Assembly: GCA_965248355.1 (NCBI GenBank)
Contig: OZ252098.1
Location: forward strand, 3,232,001-3,296,000
Direction: 5' to 3'
DNA from: Candidatus Latescibacterota bacterium
GTDB taxonomy: Bacteria > Latescibacterota > UBA2968 > UBA8231
DNA: 64,000 bases
Below, in pieces: positions 40,547-51,600 of the stretch (position 1 is its first letter; each line of letters opens with the position of its first letter). Below the pieces are notes generated by a model. That model ran no database searches, was not told the DNA's origin, and saw nothing but the letters and a program-made list of their open reading frames with translations. A program made the translations under genes and the position numbers.

Positions 40547-41839
40547 GTGAACAAGACGGTTGACCAACTGCAACATGAGATCCAGCTCATGAAGGCCATC
40601 TTCGACAGCATCAGCGACGGTGTGATCGTCGCCGACGAGATGGGCAACCTCACCTTCAACGATAGTGCGGAACGGATTGTCGGAGGCAGGGTGGACACCG
40701 TGCTCGAACAATCGACCGAGGAGTACGGCATCTTCTATCCCGACAGGGTCACCCCCATTCCCACCGGGGAACTGCCGCTCGTGCGCGCCATGCACGGGGA
40801 GGCGACCGATGAGATGGAGATGTTCATTCGCACGGCCGCAAACCCGGAGGGCGTCTACATAAGCGCCAGCGGCAGGCCCATCACCTCGCCAGGCGATGGT
40901 CCCCACGGCGGGGTCATCGTCTTCCGCGATGTGACGGAGAGAGTGCGGGCGCAGGAAGCCCTGGCCCAGGCTTTCGCCCAGGGCCGCCTCGAGGTCATGG
41001 ACACGATCCTCCACAACATCGGCAATGCCATCAACAGCGTGGCCATCGGCATTGGCACCCTCAAAGAGCGCTTGCGGGACAACCCGCTGATCGAACGCCT
41101 GGCAGGCCTGTCAGGAGCCGTCGGGGAGCATTCGGAGGACTGGGAGGACTATGTCCGGAATGACCCTCAGGGACGGCAGATCCGCCCCTTTCTCCTGGCT
41201 CTTGCCGACGACTTCGCCAGGGAGAACCGGCAGCTGATCCGCACGGTCGAACGCGTCGACAGCCAGACGGACCACATCGTGGAAATCGTCCGCGCGCAAC
41301 GGGGTTTCGACAGCAAGGCCATGACCTGCAAGGACGTCAACCTGCGGCAGGCGATCTTCGAGGCCATGAGGATCATGCAGAACTCCTTCGCGAGAAGGGG
41401 CATCCGGACCCACGTGAACTGCGGCAACGCCCCCCGGGAGATTCGCATTCAGGAGACCCAGTTCAACCAGATGCTGGTCAATCTGCTGAAGAACGCCATG
41501 GAAGCGATCGATGAGCTGAAGCAGTCAGGAGGTCTGGAGGGACCGCCTCGCATCGAGATCAGGGCCCGTGTACGGAAGGGCTTCCTCGTCCTCGAGGTGG
41601 AGGACAACGGCATCGGCATCGACTCGAAGGACCTCACCGCCATCTTCAGGGCGGGCTATACGACGAAACGGGAAGGAAGCGGGATCGGTCTCCACTCGGC
41701 GGCCAATTTCGTCGCCACCACCGGGGGAAGAATACAACCCCTGAGCCGCGGACACGGCACAGGCGCCACCATGCGCGTCATGGTGCGGCTCGGTTCAGGC
41801 GGCGAGGATGGCGGCGGCGCCTCGGAAACCGCTTCCTGA
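40547..41839 (+). CDS. PAS-domain sensor histidine kinase (start approximate)
   Basis: PAS domain (DGVIVAD, IVFRDVTE), H-box ILHNIGNAINS, NLLKNA, DNGIG, GSGIGLH. Confidence 0.9.
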   Translation: MNKTVDQLQHEIQLMKAIFDSISDGVIVADEMGNLTFNDSAERIVGGRVDTVLEQSTEEYGIFYPDRVTPIPTGELPLVRAMHGEATDEMEMFIRTAANPEGVYISASGRPITSPGDGPHGGVIVFRDVTERVRAQEALAQAFAQGRLEVMDTILHNIGNAINSVAIGIGTLKERLRDNPLIERLAGLSGAVGEHSEDWEDYVRNDPQGRQIRPFLLALADDFARENRQLIRTVERVDSQTDHIVEIVRAQRGFDSKAMTCKDVNLRQAIFEAMRIMQNSFARRGIRTHVNCGNAPREIRIQETQFNQMLVNLLKNAMEAIDELKQSGGLEGPPRIEIRARVRKGFLVLEVEDNGIGIDSKDLTAIFRAGYTTKREGSGIGLHSAANFVATTGGRIQPLSRGHGTGATMRVMVRLGSGGEDGGGASETAS

Positions 41840-41877
41840 GGTCGTTCATCGGATTCATCGGGCGGGAAGGCGTATTC

Positions 41878-43797
41878 ATGGAACCGCACAACTCCAGGAA
41901 CTACCGCATTCTGGTCGTTGACGACCAGGAAGAGATCCACAACGACTTCGAAGAGATGCTGGCCCCCGCTGCCACCCGGAGGGCGACGGATGATCTGGCG
42001 TCAGTCTTCGTCCCGGAGACCGGCAGACCGCTACTGCCGAAGTTCGCGCTTTCCCATGCGGCCAGCGGAGGGGAAGCCTGCCACATGGTCAGGGCCGCCA
42101 GGGAATCGAACCGTCCCTATGCGCTGGCCTATGTCGACGTCAGGATGCCCCCGGGCACCGATGGCATCGAGACCGTGCGCCGGATCCGCCGGTTCGAGCA
42201 GGACATGGAAATCGTCATCATGACCGCGTACTCCGACAAGACGCTGCCGGAGATCGTCGACGGCATGGAGGTCCTTCACAAGCTGCTGTATATCCGGAAG
42301 CCTTTCTCGCGGGAGGAGATTCAGCAGATCACCCTGTCCCTTACCGGGAAGTGGAACATCGAACAGGAGTTGGCAGAGCACCGGCGGCAACTCGAGACCA
42401 GCAATCGGCAGCTTGAAGCCAGCAACCACAGACTCCAGGCGGTGCTCGACGCCACGGGAGATGCCATCGCCATGTTCGATGGCGGAGGACGCCTTCAGGT
42501 GGCGAACCAGGGGTATGAGAAGCTCCTCGGCGCCACCGAAAGGGAGCTGAAGGGAATGGCGGCGGCTGATCTCAGGGCCCGCACCATGGCGCGCCTGCGG
42601 CCGCCGGTACTGCCCGAATCGGAGGGTGGGCTCCTTCTCGGCAGCGCCGGCGAGCTGGAGGAGGAGGTCGCCGAATCCGGCGTCTCGAGACCCCGGCTGT
42701 TCTACCGCTCCACGGCGTCCCTGAAGGAGAGTGGACAGGGCTCAACGGGGCATGTCGTCACCTACCGCGACGTCTCCCGCGAGGTCGAGAGCGAGCAGAT
42801 GAAAGCCGAGGTCCTGCGCCTGCGCACCGAGCTGGACACGACCTACGGCTTTGAAGGCATGGTGGGAAAGAGCAAGAGGATGCAGCACCTCTACGGGTTG
42901 ATGCAACGAGCGGCCGGGAGCGACATCACGGTCTTGATCCAGGGCGAGAGTGGCACCGGCAAGGAGGTCGTGGCCAGGTTGATCCACTACAACGGCCCGA
43001 GAAAGGCCGGACCCTTCGTGGCCGTCAACTGCGCTGCCATTCCCGAGACCCTGATTGAAAGCGAGCTCTTCGGACATGAGCGCGGGGCCTTCACCAGCGC
43101 GTCGACGCGGCGCATGGGACAGTTCGAGCGCGCCCAGGGAGGAACCGTTCTGCTGGACGAGATCGGCGACATGCCCATCGCCCTGCAGGCCAAGCTGCTC
43201 CGTGTCCTGGAGGAGCGGGAAATCCAGCGGGTGGGCGGGACATCCACCCTCCCCGTTGACATCCGCGTCATTGCGGCGACCAACCGGAACCTGGAAAGTG
43301 CGGTAAAGGATGGCGGGTTCCGGGCCGATCTCTTCTATCGCCTGGCCGCCTTTCCCCTCCTCATCCCGCCTCTCAGGGAACACCGGGAGGACATCCCCCT
43401 GCTGGCGGCGCAATTCCTGAAGGACCATGCCGAAGGGGCCGGGGAAAGAATTCGCGGGATCTCCCCGGCCACGCTGCAGAGACTGCTTGAGTACGACTGG
43501 CCGGGCAACGTGCGAGAGCTGAGAAATGCCATTGATCGCGCCGTGTTGCTGGAGACCACCGACACGGTTCAAGTGAACAGCCTGCCACCCCGGCTCTCTT
43601 CAGCGATCCCTTCCTCTTCCGGCCCCGAAGTCCCGGTCCATCCCCCCCTCTCGATGCAGGAAGCGGAACGTCAGGCCATTGTCCGCGCCCTCGAAGCCTC
43701 CCGGAGCAACATCACCATGGCGGCCCAGGTACTGGACATCGATCGCACGACCCTGCACCGGAAGTTGAAGAAGTACAACCTGCTGCCCGAGAAGTGA
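41878..43797 (+). CDS. REC-PAS-AAA+-Fis sigma-54 enhancer-binding protein
   Basis: [48 protein letters not shown]. Confidence 0.92.
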   Translation: MEPHNSRNYRILVVDDQEEIHNDFEEMLAPAATRRATDDLASVFVPETGRPLLPKFALSHAASGGEACHMVRAARESNRPYALAYVDVRMPPGTDGIETVRRIRRFEQDMEIVIMTAYSDKTLPEIVDGMEVLHKLLYIRKPFSREEIQQITLSLTGKWNIEQELAEHRRQLETSNRQLEASNHRLQAVLDATGDAIAMFDGGGRLQVANQGYEKLLGATERELKGMAAADLRARTMARLRPPVLPESEGGLLLGSAGELEEEVAESGVSRPRLFYRSTASLKESGQGSTGHVVTYRDVSREVESEQMKAEVLRLRTELDTTYGFEGMVGKSKRMQHLYGLMQRAAGSDITVLIQGESGTGKEVVARLIHYNGPRKAGPFVAVNCAAIPETLIESELFGHERGAFTSASTRRMGQFERAQGGTVLLDEIGDMPIALQAKLLRVLEEREIQRVGGTSTLPVDIRVIAATNRNLESAVKDGGFRADLFYRLAAFPLLIPPLREHREDIPLLAAQFLKDHAEGAGERIRGISPATLQRLLEYDWPGNVRELRNAIDRAVLLETTDTVQVNSLPPRLSSAIPSSSGPEVPVHPPLSMQEAERQAIVRALEASRSNITMAAQVLDIDRTTLHRKLKKYNLLPEK

Positions 43798-43852
43798 ACC
43801 GCCCGCTCCGCGACCCGGCCGGACTGGAATCTCCGGCTCGATCCGGACCGGC

Positions 43853-43887
43853 TGTGGTAGAATACCACAACGTGGCAAATCACCACC
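43853..43887. promoter_or_regulatory. Putative tandem upstream activator sites for a sigma-54 activator
   Basis: Dyad TGTGGTA-GAA-TACCACA (TGT-N11-ACA) followed by the degenerate copy CGTGGCAAATCACCACC. Confidence 0.6.
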
Positions 43888-44071
43888 TCGGCCGGCTTCT
43901 TCCGCGACAACAGTACCAAGCCACGTGATTACAAGGGGTTAGACCCCTTCCTCTGCTCCTCCGCGGCCTTCCCAGCCGTTGGATTCCGCCTCGATCCCAT
44001 CTCTCCCAGAGCTCCCGTTCTTATCACGTAACCTCCTGTTTATGCAGGGAGTTAAGGAACTCCTCCGGTGC

Positions 44072-44087
44072 CCGGCACGGTATGTGC
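44072..44087 (+). promoter_or_regulatory. Putative sigma-54 -24/-12 promoter
   Basis: CCGGCACGGTATGTGC, i.e. GG-N10-GC with the GGCACG core; IHF-like sites upstream near 43930 and 44042. Confidence 0.6.
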
Positions 44088-44109
44088 CACGATTACGGAG
44101 GAGGGCGAC

Positions 44110-46720
44110 ATGAGCAGGATTTCATACGCCGACCTGCAGGGACGGGTCGAGGAAAGTGCCGGGGAAGGGACCTCACAGCCTCGGGCGACAAGCGGATTCA
44201 GCCTCAGGGTCAGGAGATGGATTCGACAAGTACTGCGGCAAAGGCGCGTCCGTGCCGGCCGGCGCGGCAGGGTGCGCCGGACCGGTTCGGCGCCTATGGC
44301 GGCAGCCACTGTCCTTGCCGTCGCGGTGGCAGCCCCCGCTCGGGAATACAATCCGCCGATCACTACGCTGGTGAAGAATACCTACCAACCAACAGAAAGG
44401 GTCGTATTGCTGAATGCGTTCCAAGACGGACTGTACCAGGGATTCAGAACTGGCCCTAATCTCGGGGGATATGAATTGACGAGTATTTTGCTGTATGTGA
44501 GCGATACGCATGGAAGCCGGTACATGACGATAGATGCAGGCATCTACCTCTACAATGGATCCGGCTTCACCCGAGTCACTGACCTCATGAGTGGTGGGCA
44601 CCTGAGAACACCTACCTGGAGCCGGCCACGGACTACTACTTCCTGCTTGATTGCACGGCAGGTTGCGCGAACGACAACACCTCCCAATTTCGCACGACCT
44701 ACATCAGCGAAAACGACCCCGGTGCCGAGGAAGGCTGGGAGATCCACGATTATATCGGCTTTCGGAGCGCGGGCGATCCCGATTGGAAAAGGCACTCTCA
44801 AAGCATCGATATCGCCCTGATCTTCAACACACCCGTGTACGTGCAGGGCGAATCGTACATTGGCATTCAGGTCGGCGATGTCGCCGGTCCCAGCTCCCGC
44901 TTGGCAGCCTACCTGTCCGGCTCCTTCACGACTCGGTTGATCTACCGCTATCAGGTGCAAATTAACGATGCCGACGCCAACGGCATTAGCGTTGACGAGG
45001 GTGGGTCGGACACCGGATTCGTTGGGTGGGTGCCCACGCTCGTCGCCAGTTTCGGCTTGTTGCCCGCAGATCGCTATTACCCTGGCGTGGCCGACGACTC
45101 TAGCCACAAGGTGGACGGGTCGCTCCACTGCACCTTCCTGGAGGACGGGTCGCTCCACTGCATCGCCGGAACGGCGGCGGCGCTGTCGGTTGCAGACGCG
45201 CGGACAACGGAGGAGGCGGACGCCACGCTCGAATTTGTGGTGACGCTGAGCCGATCAGCCTCCGGGACGGTGACGGTGGACTACGCGACCGCGGATGGGA
45301 CCGCACAGGCGGGCCAGGACTACACGGCCGCGAACGGAACGCTCACCTTCGCCGCGGGCGAGACCCGGAAGACGGTTTCGGTAGCGGTGCTCGACGACGC
45401 CCACGACGAGGGCGAGGAGACCCTGACGCTGACCTTGAGGAACGCCTCGGGGGCGCGCATTGCGGACAATGTGGCGACGGGAACGATCGAGAACGACGAT
45501 CCCCTGCAGCGGGCCTGGCTGGCGCGCTTCGGCCGCACCGCGGCCCAGCGTGTGCTCGACGGGGTTCAGGCGCGCCTGGAGGCGCCGCACGAGTCGGGGA
45601 TGCAGGCGACCTTGGCGGGCCATGCCCTCGGCGGCCCGGGTGGGGAGGCAGCCCTCGCGTCCGGCGGCAGGGGTGAGGTGGCGGCGCGGGATCCCTTCGG
45701 GGCCCCTCCCGATCGTTTCCGCGGCGTGCCGGCCAACCCGCGGGCGCAGTCGCCGTCGCCGCGCGACCTGGTGACGGGAAGCGGCTTCACCCTGAGCGGA
45801 CGGACGGGCGGCGGCCTGGGCACTCTCTGGGGTCGCGGCGCGTATCCCCCGGCCGCGGCGAAGGCAGCATGGTCCCCTCGCTGACCGGCCTGTATCCCTA
45901 TGCCGGCTACAGTCTCAACGAGCGTCTGTCCCTATGGGGTACGGCGGGCTACGGCCTGGGCGACCTGGTGTCGGGAGGACCGGAGGGAGGGCCATCCCTC
46001 GCGATCGAGTCGGATGCCCTGTTCGTGCGCACGACCTCGGAGGCGGCGTCCGGTCCCTCAGGCCTCCTGGCGGCGGCCGTGGCGGACGTGAGCCGCCTGC
46101 GCCTGGGTCTGGAGGGTTCCATGGAACTGGCCCTCGCCGGCGGCGAGTCTCTGAGGCCGACCGTCGAGCTGGGTCTGCGCCATGACGGCGGCGACGCGGA
46201 GACCGGCCTTGGACTGGAGATCGGAGGCGGCTCGGGCTTCACCGACGCGGCGAGGGGCCTGACCGCCCAGGTGACGGTGCGGGGCCTGGTGGCTCACCAG
46301 GCCTCCGGCTTCCGCGACTGGGGCGCCTCGGGATGGCTGCGCTTCGATCCCAGGCCGTCGTCGGAGCTGGGTCCGTCCGCGTCGCTGACGCCGTCCTGGG
46401 GCGCCCCGTCCACGGGCGGTGTGGAGGCGCTCTTCCGGCGTGAGACCCTGTCCGGGCTTGCGCTGACCGACTCGGCCCCGCCGGTCGGGAGTCTCGCCGC
46501 GGAGGCCGCCTACGGGTTCGCGGTCTTCGGCGGCCGGTCTACGGGGACTCCCTACCTGGGGGTCGGTCGGTCCAAGGCCTTGCGCGAGGTGCGCGTGGGC
46601 TGCCGCCTGGACCTGCCCCAACGGGAGGGGCTGGAGCTGGGTCTCGAAGGGACGCGGCGCGTCAGTTCGTTCGACGAGGCCCCGGAGCACGGGGTCATGC
46701 TGCGCCTGGCGCTGCAATGA
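44110..46720 (+). pseudogene. Decayed autotransporter-like surface protein (Calx-beta domain plus C-terminal beta-barrel)
   Basis: Three frames with shifts near 44600 and 45850-45870. Calx-beta LSVADA..VTVDYATADGTA..DDAHDEGEET; linker AWLARFGRT; barrel LRHDGGDAETG; lacks a terminal aromatic residue. Confidence 0.78.
45113..45162 (+). repeat. 20-bp direct repeat with a 30-bp period
   Basis: GGACGGGTCGCTCCACTGCA at 45113 and 45143 (DGSLHC twice). Confidence 0.85.
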
Positions 46721-47696
46721 ACGGTTTCGAGGCCCCCTGCACGGTCCGAGCCATGTCCTCGGGCAGGGGGCTCTCGAAGCGCAACGCCTCCCCGGTGCGC
46801 GGGTGCGTGAACCCCAGCGAGGCGGCGTGCAGCGCCTGCCGGTCGATGCCCTCCAGGAGGCGCCGGGCCTCTTCCCGGTGCCGCGGGTCGATGCCGCGCA
46901 CCCGCGTGCGCCCTCCGTACACCGGATCTCCGAAGACCGGGTGTCCGAGGTGCTGCGCGTGGACGCGGATCTGGTGCGTGCGGCCGGTCTCGAGCCGCAA
47001 CTCCACCAGGCTGAGAAAGGCCAGCTCCCGCAGCCGCCGGAAGTGGGTCACGGCGCGCCGGCCGCCCTCGACGACGGCCATCCGCTTGCGGTCCCGGGGA
47101 TTTCGGTCCAGGGGCGCGTCCACCGCCCCCTCCCCGGGGGGCCTTCCCCAGACGAGGGCGGTGTAGCGACGCTCGACGCTGCGCTTCTCCAGCTGCGCCG
47201 CCAGGCCGCGGTGGGCAGTGTCGTTCTTGGCCACCATCAGCAGGCCGGTGGTTCCCCGGTCGAGGCGGTGGACGATGCCGGGCCGCAGCACGCCGTTGAT
47301 GCCGGACAGGTCCCCGCAGTGGTGGAGCAGGGCGTTGACCAGGGTGCCCGAGGGACTGCCCGGCGCCGGATGGACCGCCATGCCGGCCGGCTTGTCCACC
47401 ACGAGCAGATCGGCGTCCTCGTGCACCACGGTGAGCGGCAGATCCTCGGGCCGGGCCACCAGCTGCACCGGCTCCGGCACATGAACGGCGATCCGATCCC
47501 CGATGCGGAGGCGGTACCCGGGGCGTTTCCCGGTGTCGTTGACGAGTACGGCGCCCTCGGCGATCAGGCCCTGAACGCGGCTCCGGGACAGATCCTCCAG
47601 GACGCGCGGCACGAAGCGGTCCAGGCGCGCGCCCTCGTCCTCTTCCTCTACCAGAAGTCGGCGGACACCGCCCGGCGGGACGGGGGGCCCGGTCAC
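46695..47696 (-). CDS. rluD: RluA-family 23S rRNA pseudouridine synthase
   Basis: S4 domain, VVDKPAGM, GIVHRLDRGTTG, LETGRTHQIRVH, RQALHA. Confidence 0.92.
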   Translation of the reverse strand: MTGPPVPPGGVRRLLVEEEDEGARLDRFVPRVLEDLSRSRVQGLIAEGAVLVNDTGKRPGYRLRIGDRIAVHVPEPVQLVARPEDLPLTVVHEDADLLVVDKPAGMAVHPAPGSPSGTLVNALLHHCGDLSGINGVLRPGIVHRLDRGTTGLLMVAKNDTAHRGLAAQLEKRSVERRYTALVWGRPPGEGAVDAPLDRNPRDRKRMAVVEGGRRAVTHFRRLRELAFLSLVELRLETGRTHQIRVHAQHLGHPVFGDPVYGGRTRVRGIDPRHREEARRLLEGIDRQALHAASLGFTHPRTGEALRFESPLPEDMARTVQGASKPFIAAPGAA

Positions 47697-47700
47697 AAGG

Positions 47701-48234
47701 CTAGCCCTGGGCGACGGGCTCGTCGGCGGGTGCCGGATCGGCCGGCGCCGCCTCCGGGGCCGGTTTCTTCTGTCGGGAGTAGGCCAGGACCAGCAGCAGG
47801 ACCCCGACGGTGACGCAGGAGTCGGCCACGTTGAAGACCGGCCACCGCCAGATCTCGGAGAGGCCCACGTCGATGAAGTCGACCACCTCGCGCAGGCGCA
47901 CGCGGTCGACGATGTTGCCGAGCGCGCCGCCGAGGACCAGGGCCAGGGCGCCGCGCTGCAGGCGCGCCTGCGCGGGCAGGCCGCGGAACATCCAGACCAG
48001 CAGCGCCAGCGCGCCGACGGCGACCGCCGTGTGCACCAGGGGCCCCCCGAAGGTGAGGCCGAAGGCGGCGCCGCGGTTGTGGATCAGGGTGAGGCGGAGG
48101 ACGTCCCCGAAGACGGGGACCGGGGACTGCGGGGGCAGGGTATGAAGGGCGATCTGCTTCGACGCCTGGTCGAGGAGCAGGGCGGCGGGGACGATCCAGA
48201 GGACCGCGGAACCGCGCCCCCCGGCCGGATTCAC
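47701..48234 (-). CDS. lspA: Lipoprotein signal peptidase II
   Basis: DQASK, NRGAAFG, GALGNIVDR, VVDFI, WPVFNVAD; GTG overlaps the upstream stop. Confidence 0.94.
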   Translation of the reverse strand: MNPAGGRGSAVLWIVPAALLLDQASKQIALHTLPPQSPVPVFGDVLRLTLIHNRGAAFGLTFGGPLVHTAVAVGALALLVWMFRGLPAQARLQRGALALVLGGALGNIVDRVRLREVVDFIDVGLSEIWRWPVFNVADSCVTVGVLLLVLAYSRQKKPAPEAAPADPAPADEPVAQG

Positions 48235-48608
48235 TCCTTCCTCTTGTCGTCCCCGCTCTTGCACTCGATGCACTGGCTCGCCGTCGGGACCGCCTCGAGA
48301 CGGGCACGGCCGATCTCGCCCCCGCATACGCGGCAGACGCCGAAGGTCCCGTCCTCGATCCGCTGCAGGGCCTCATCGACGTAGTCGAGGTAGCTGCCCT
48401 CGCGCTGGGCGAAGAGCAGGTTCTTCTCCCGCTCCATGGCGTCCGTGCCGCGGTCGGCCATGTGCAGCGAATAGGCGGACCGCTCTTCCGACGACTCCTG
48501 GGCCACGTCCGAACGGGAGACGCGCTCGAACTCCTCCAGATCGGACCTGGCCTGTTCCTGCTTGGTCTGCAGCAGTTTCTTGAAGTGTGCCAGATCTTCC
48601 TGGTTCAT
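48231..48608 (-). CDS. dksA: TraR/DksA C4-type zinc-finger protein
   Basis: HMADRGTDAMERE; CRVC..RLEAVP..CIEC. Confidence 0.85.
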   Translation of the reverse strand: MNQEDLAHFKKLLQTKQEQARSDLEEFERVSRSDVAQESSEERSAYSLHMADRGTDAMEREKNLLFAQREGSYLDYVDEALQRIEDGTFGVCRVCGGEIGRARLEAVPTASQCIECKSGDDKRKE

Positions 48609-48621
48609 CTCTCCCGCCTCC

Positions 48622-51600
48622 CTACCCGCCCCGCCCGAGGCGGGCGAGCGCGATCCTGCAGGGTTCGGTGTTGACTTCCCACTCCTTCGTCATCGACGCC
48701 TCCCCGCCGGCGGGCGGCTCGCCCACCGAGACCTGTCGCGCCAGGGTCTCGGCGGCCACGTAGCCGCGGAAGGCCCCCACCCACGACTCCAGGGTCTCGC
48801 TCCCCTCGACCCACAGCCGGATTCGGTCGGCCACGTCGAGGCCTGCCTCCTTGCGCATGTTCTGCACGCGGTTGACGACCTCCCGGGCGCCGCACTCGGC
48901 GACCAGCTCCTCCGTGAGGTGGACGTCCAGACCGACGGCGAGGTTCTCCTCCACGGCGACCACCACGTCCCGCCGCTCGCGGCGCTGCACCTCGACGTCG
49001 CCCACGCCGATGGCGCCGCCGCCGACCTCGAGGGTTCCCCCCTCCTGAAGCATCCGCACCTGGTCCGTGGTCAGGTCGCCGATGAAGGCGGCCGCCTCGC
49101 GCGTGCGCTTGCCGAAGCGCGGGCCCAGGGCCCGGAAGTTCGCCCTGTAGGAGACCTCGCTGATCTCCGACTCGTCCTCCACGAGGACCACCTCCTTGAC
49201 GTTGAGCTCGTCGGCGATCAGGTCGCTAACCGCCTCCAGCATGCCGCGGCCCGGCTCGTCGGGGGGCAGCAGCAGGAGGCGCTGCAGGGGTTGCCGGACC
49301 TTCAGGCCGTGGCGGCTGCGCAGCATGCGCCCCAGGGCGCAGGCGCGCATGGCCAGGGTCATCTGCGCCTCCAGCTCGGGGTCGCGCAGCGATTCGTCGG
49401 CGGCGGGCATGTCGCACAGGTGCACGCTCTCCGGTGCCCCCGGGTCCCGGGCGAGGTTCCGATAGATGGCCTCGGTCACGTACGGCAGCACCGGCGCCAG
49501 GCTCTTGGCGAAGGTGAGGAGCACCTGGTGCAGGGTGGCGTAGGCGGATTCGGTGTCGGTGCCCGACTCGGCCTTCCAGAACCGGCGGCGGCTGCGGCGG
49601 ATGTACCAGTTCGTCAGCTTGTCGACGAATCCGACCATGGCCGGCACCGTGCGGTAGAGCCGGTAGGCCTCCATCTCCTCGTTGATCTTGTGGACCAGGG
49701 TCTGCAGCTCCGACAGGATCCACCGGTCGAGGCGGTTCACGGGCCGCGCCCCCCCGGCGCCTGGAGACCAGCCATCGGTGTTGGCGTAAAGCACGAAGAA
49801 GTGATACGCGCTCCACAGGGGGATGATCACGTCGCGCAGGCTCTGGCGGATGCCCTCCTCGGTGAGCCGCATCTCCTCGGCCTTCATGGCCGGCGAGTTG
49901 AGCAGGTAGAGGCGCAGGGCGTCGGCGCCGTAGGTCTCGAGCATCTCGGCCGGATCGGGATAGTTCTTCAGCCGCTTGCTCAGCTTGCGCCCGTCCGCGG
50001 CCAGCAGCATGCCCCCGACGATGCAGTTGTGGAAGGCCGGCTTGTCGAACAGCGCCGCCCCCAGGATGGTCAGGGTGTAGAACCACCCCCGGGTCTGGTC
50101 GAGGTTCTCGGAGATGAAGTCGGCCGGGAAGGAGGCTTCGAAGTCCTGGCGCCGGCCGAAGGGGTAGTGGCTCTGGGCGTAGGGCATGGCCCCGGACTCG
50201 AACCAGCAGTCGAGGACCTCGGGCACGCGCCGCAGGGTGCCCCGCCCCGAGGGCGCCGGGATCTCGAGATCGTCGACGAAGTGCTTGTGCAGATCCTCCA
50301 CCTCGCGGCCGGCGAGCTCGCTCAGCTCCTGGCGGCTGCCGACGCACACCGCCTCGCCCGTCTCCTCGTTGCGCCAGATCGGCAGCGGCGTCCCCCAGTA
50401 GCGGTTACGGCTCACGGCCCAGTCCGGCGCCGACTCGACGCCCTTGCCGAAGCGGCCGTCGCGGATGTGCTCCGGGACCCACCGGATCCGCCGGTTGGCG
50501 GCCAGCATCCTCTCCTTCACCTCCCCCTCGATCTTCACGAACCAGGTGGAGACCGCGCGGTAGATGAGGGGGGAGTCACAGCGCCAGCAGAACGGGTACG
50601 AGTGCTCGATGGTGCCCTCGGAGAACAGTCGTCCCAAGGCACGCAATCGCCGGATGATGGGGGTGTCCGTGTCCTTGACGAAGACTCCCTCGAAGTCCGG
50701 GACCTCGCCGGTGAAGCAGCAGTCGGCATCGAGGGGGCAGACCACGGGCAGGCCCTCGGCCAGGCCGAGCTGGTAGTCGTCCTCGCCGAAGCCGGGGGCG
50801 ATGTGGACGATGCCGGTGCCGTCGCCGGTGGAGACGAAATCGGCGGCCACGACGCGGAAGGCGCCCTGGTCGGCGAGGCCGGCGAAGTCGTCGAAGAGGG
50901 GCTCGTAGCGCAGCCCGAGAAGGTCGTCCACGGCCACCGGCGTCACCTCGGCGACCTCGCCGGGGTGCCGGCCGAAGATGTCGTCCACGAGGGGGGCAGC
51001 CAGGATCAACCGCTCCCCGTCGGCGGTGGTGACGCGCACGTAGTCGATGTCGCGGCCCACGGCCAGGGCCATGTTGGAGGGCAGGGTCCACGGGGTAGTG
51101 GTCCAGGCGAGCAGGGACAGGCCCGGCTCTCCGGCCACGGGAAAGCGCACCGTGATCGATGGGTCCTGGGTGTCCTGGTAGCCCTGGTTGACCTCGAAGT
51201 TCGACAGCGGCGTCGCGCACCGGGGACAGTAGGCGAGGGACTTGTAGCCCTCGTAGACGAGGCCCTTGTCCCACAGCGCCTTGAACACCCACCACACCGA
51301 CTCCATGAACTCGGGGTCCATGGTCCGGTACTGATCGTCCCAGTCGACCCATCGTCCCAGCCGTTCGATCAGGCTCCGCCACTCGGCCGTGTAGCGCAGC
51401 ACCAGGTCACGGCAGGCCTCGTTGAACCGGGCCACGCCGTACTCGAGGATGTCCCGCCTCGACCCCAGACCGAGCTGCTGCTCGGCCTCGTTCTCGACGG
51501 GCAGGCCGTGGCAGTCCCAGCCCCAGCGGCGCTCGACCCGGTAGCCGCGCATCGTCCAGTACCGGGGCACCACGTCCTTGGTGATGGAGGCGAGCAGATG

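Noticed and set aside
45113..45162. Direct repeat pair considered as a mini-CRISPR
   Set aside because: Only two 20-bp copies with a 10-bp spacer, in frame inside a coding relic, and no cas genes nearby.
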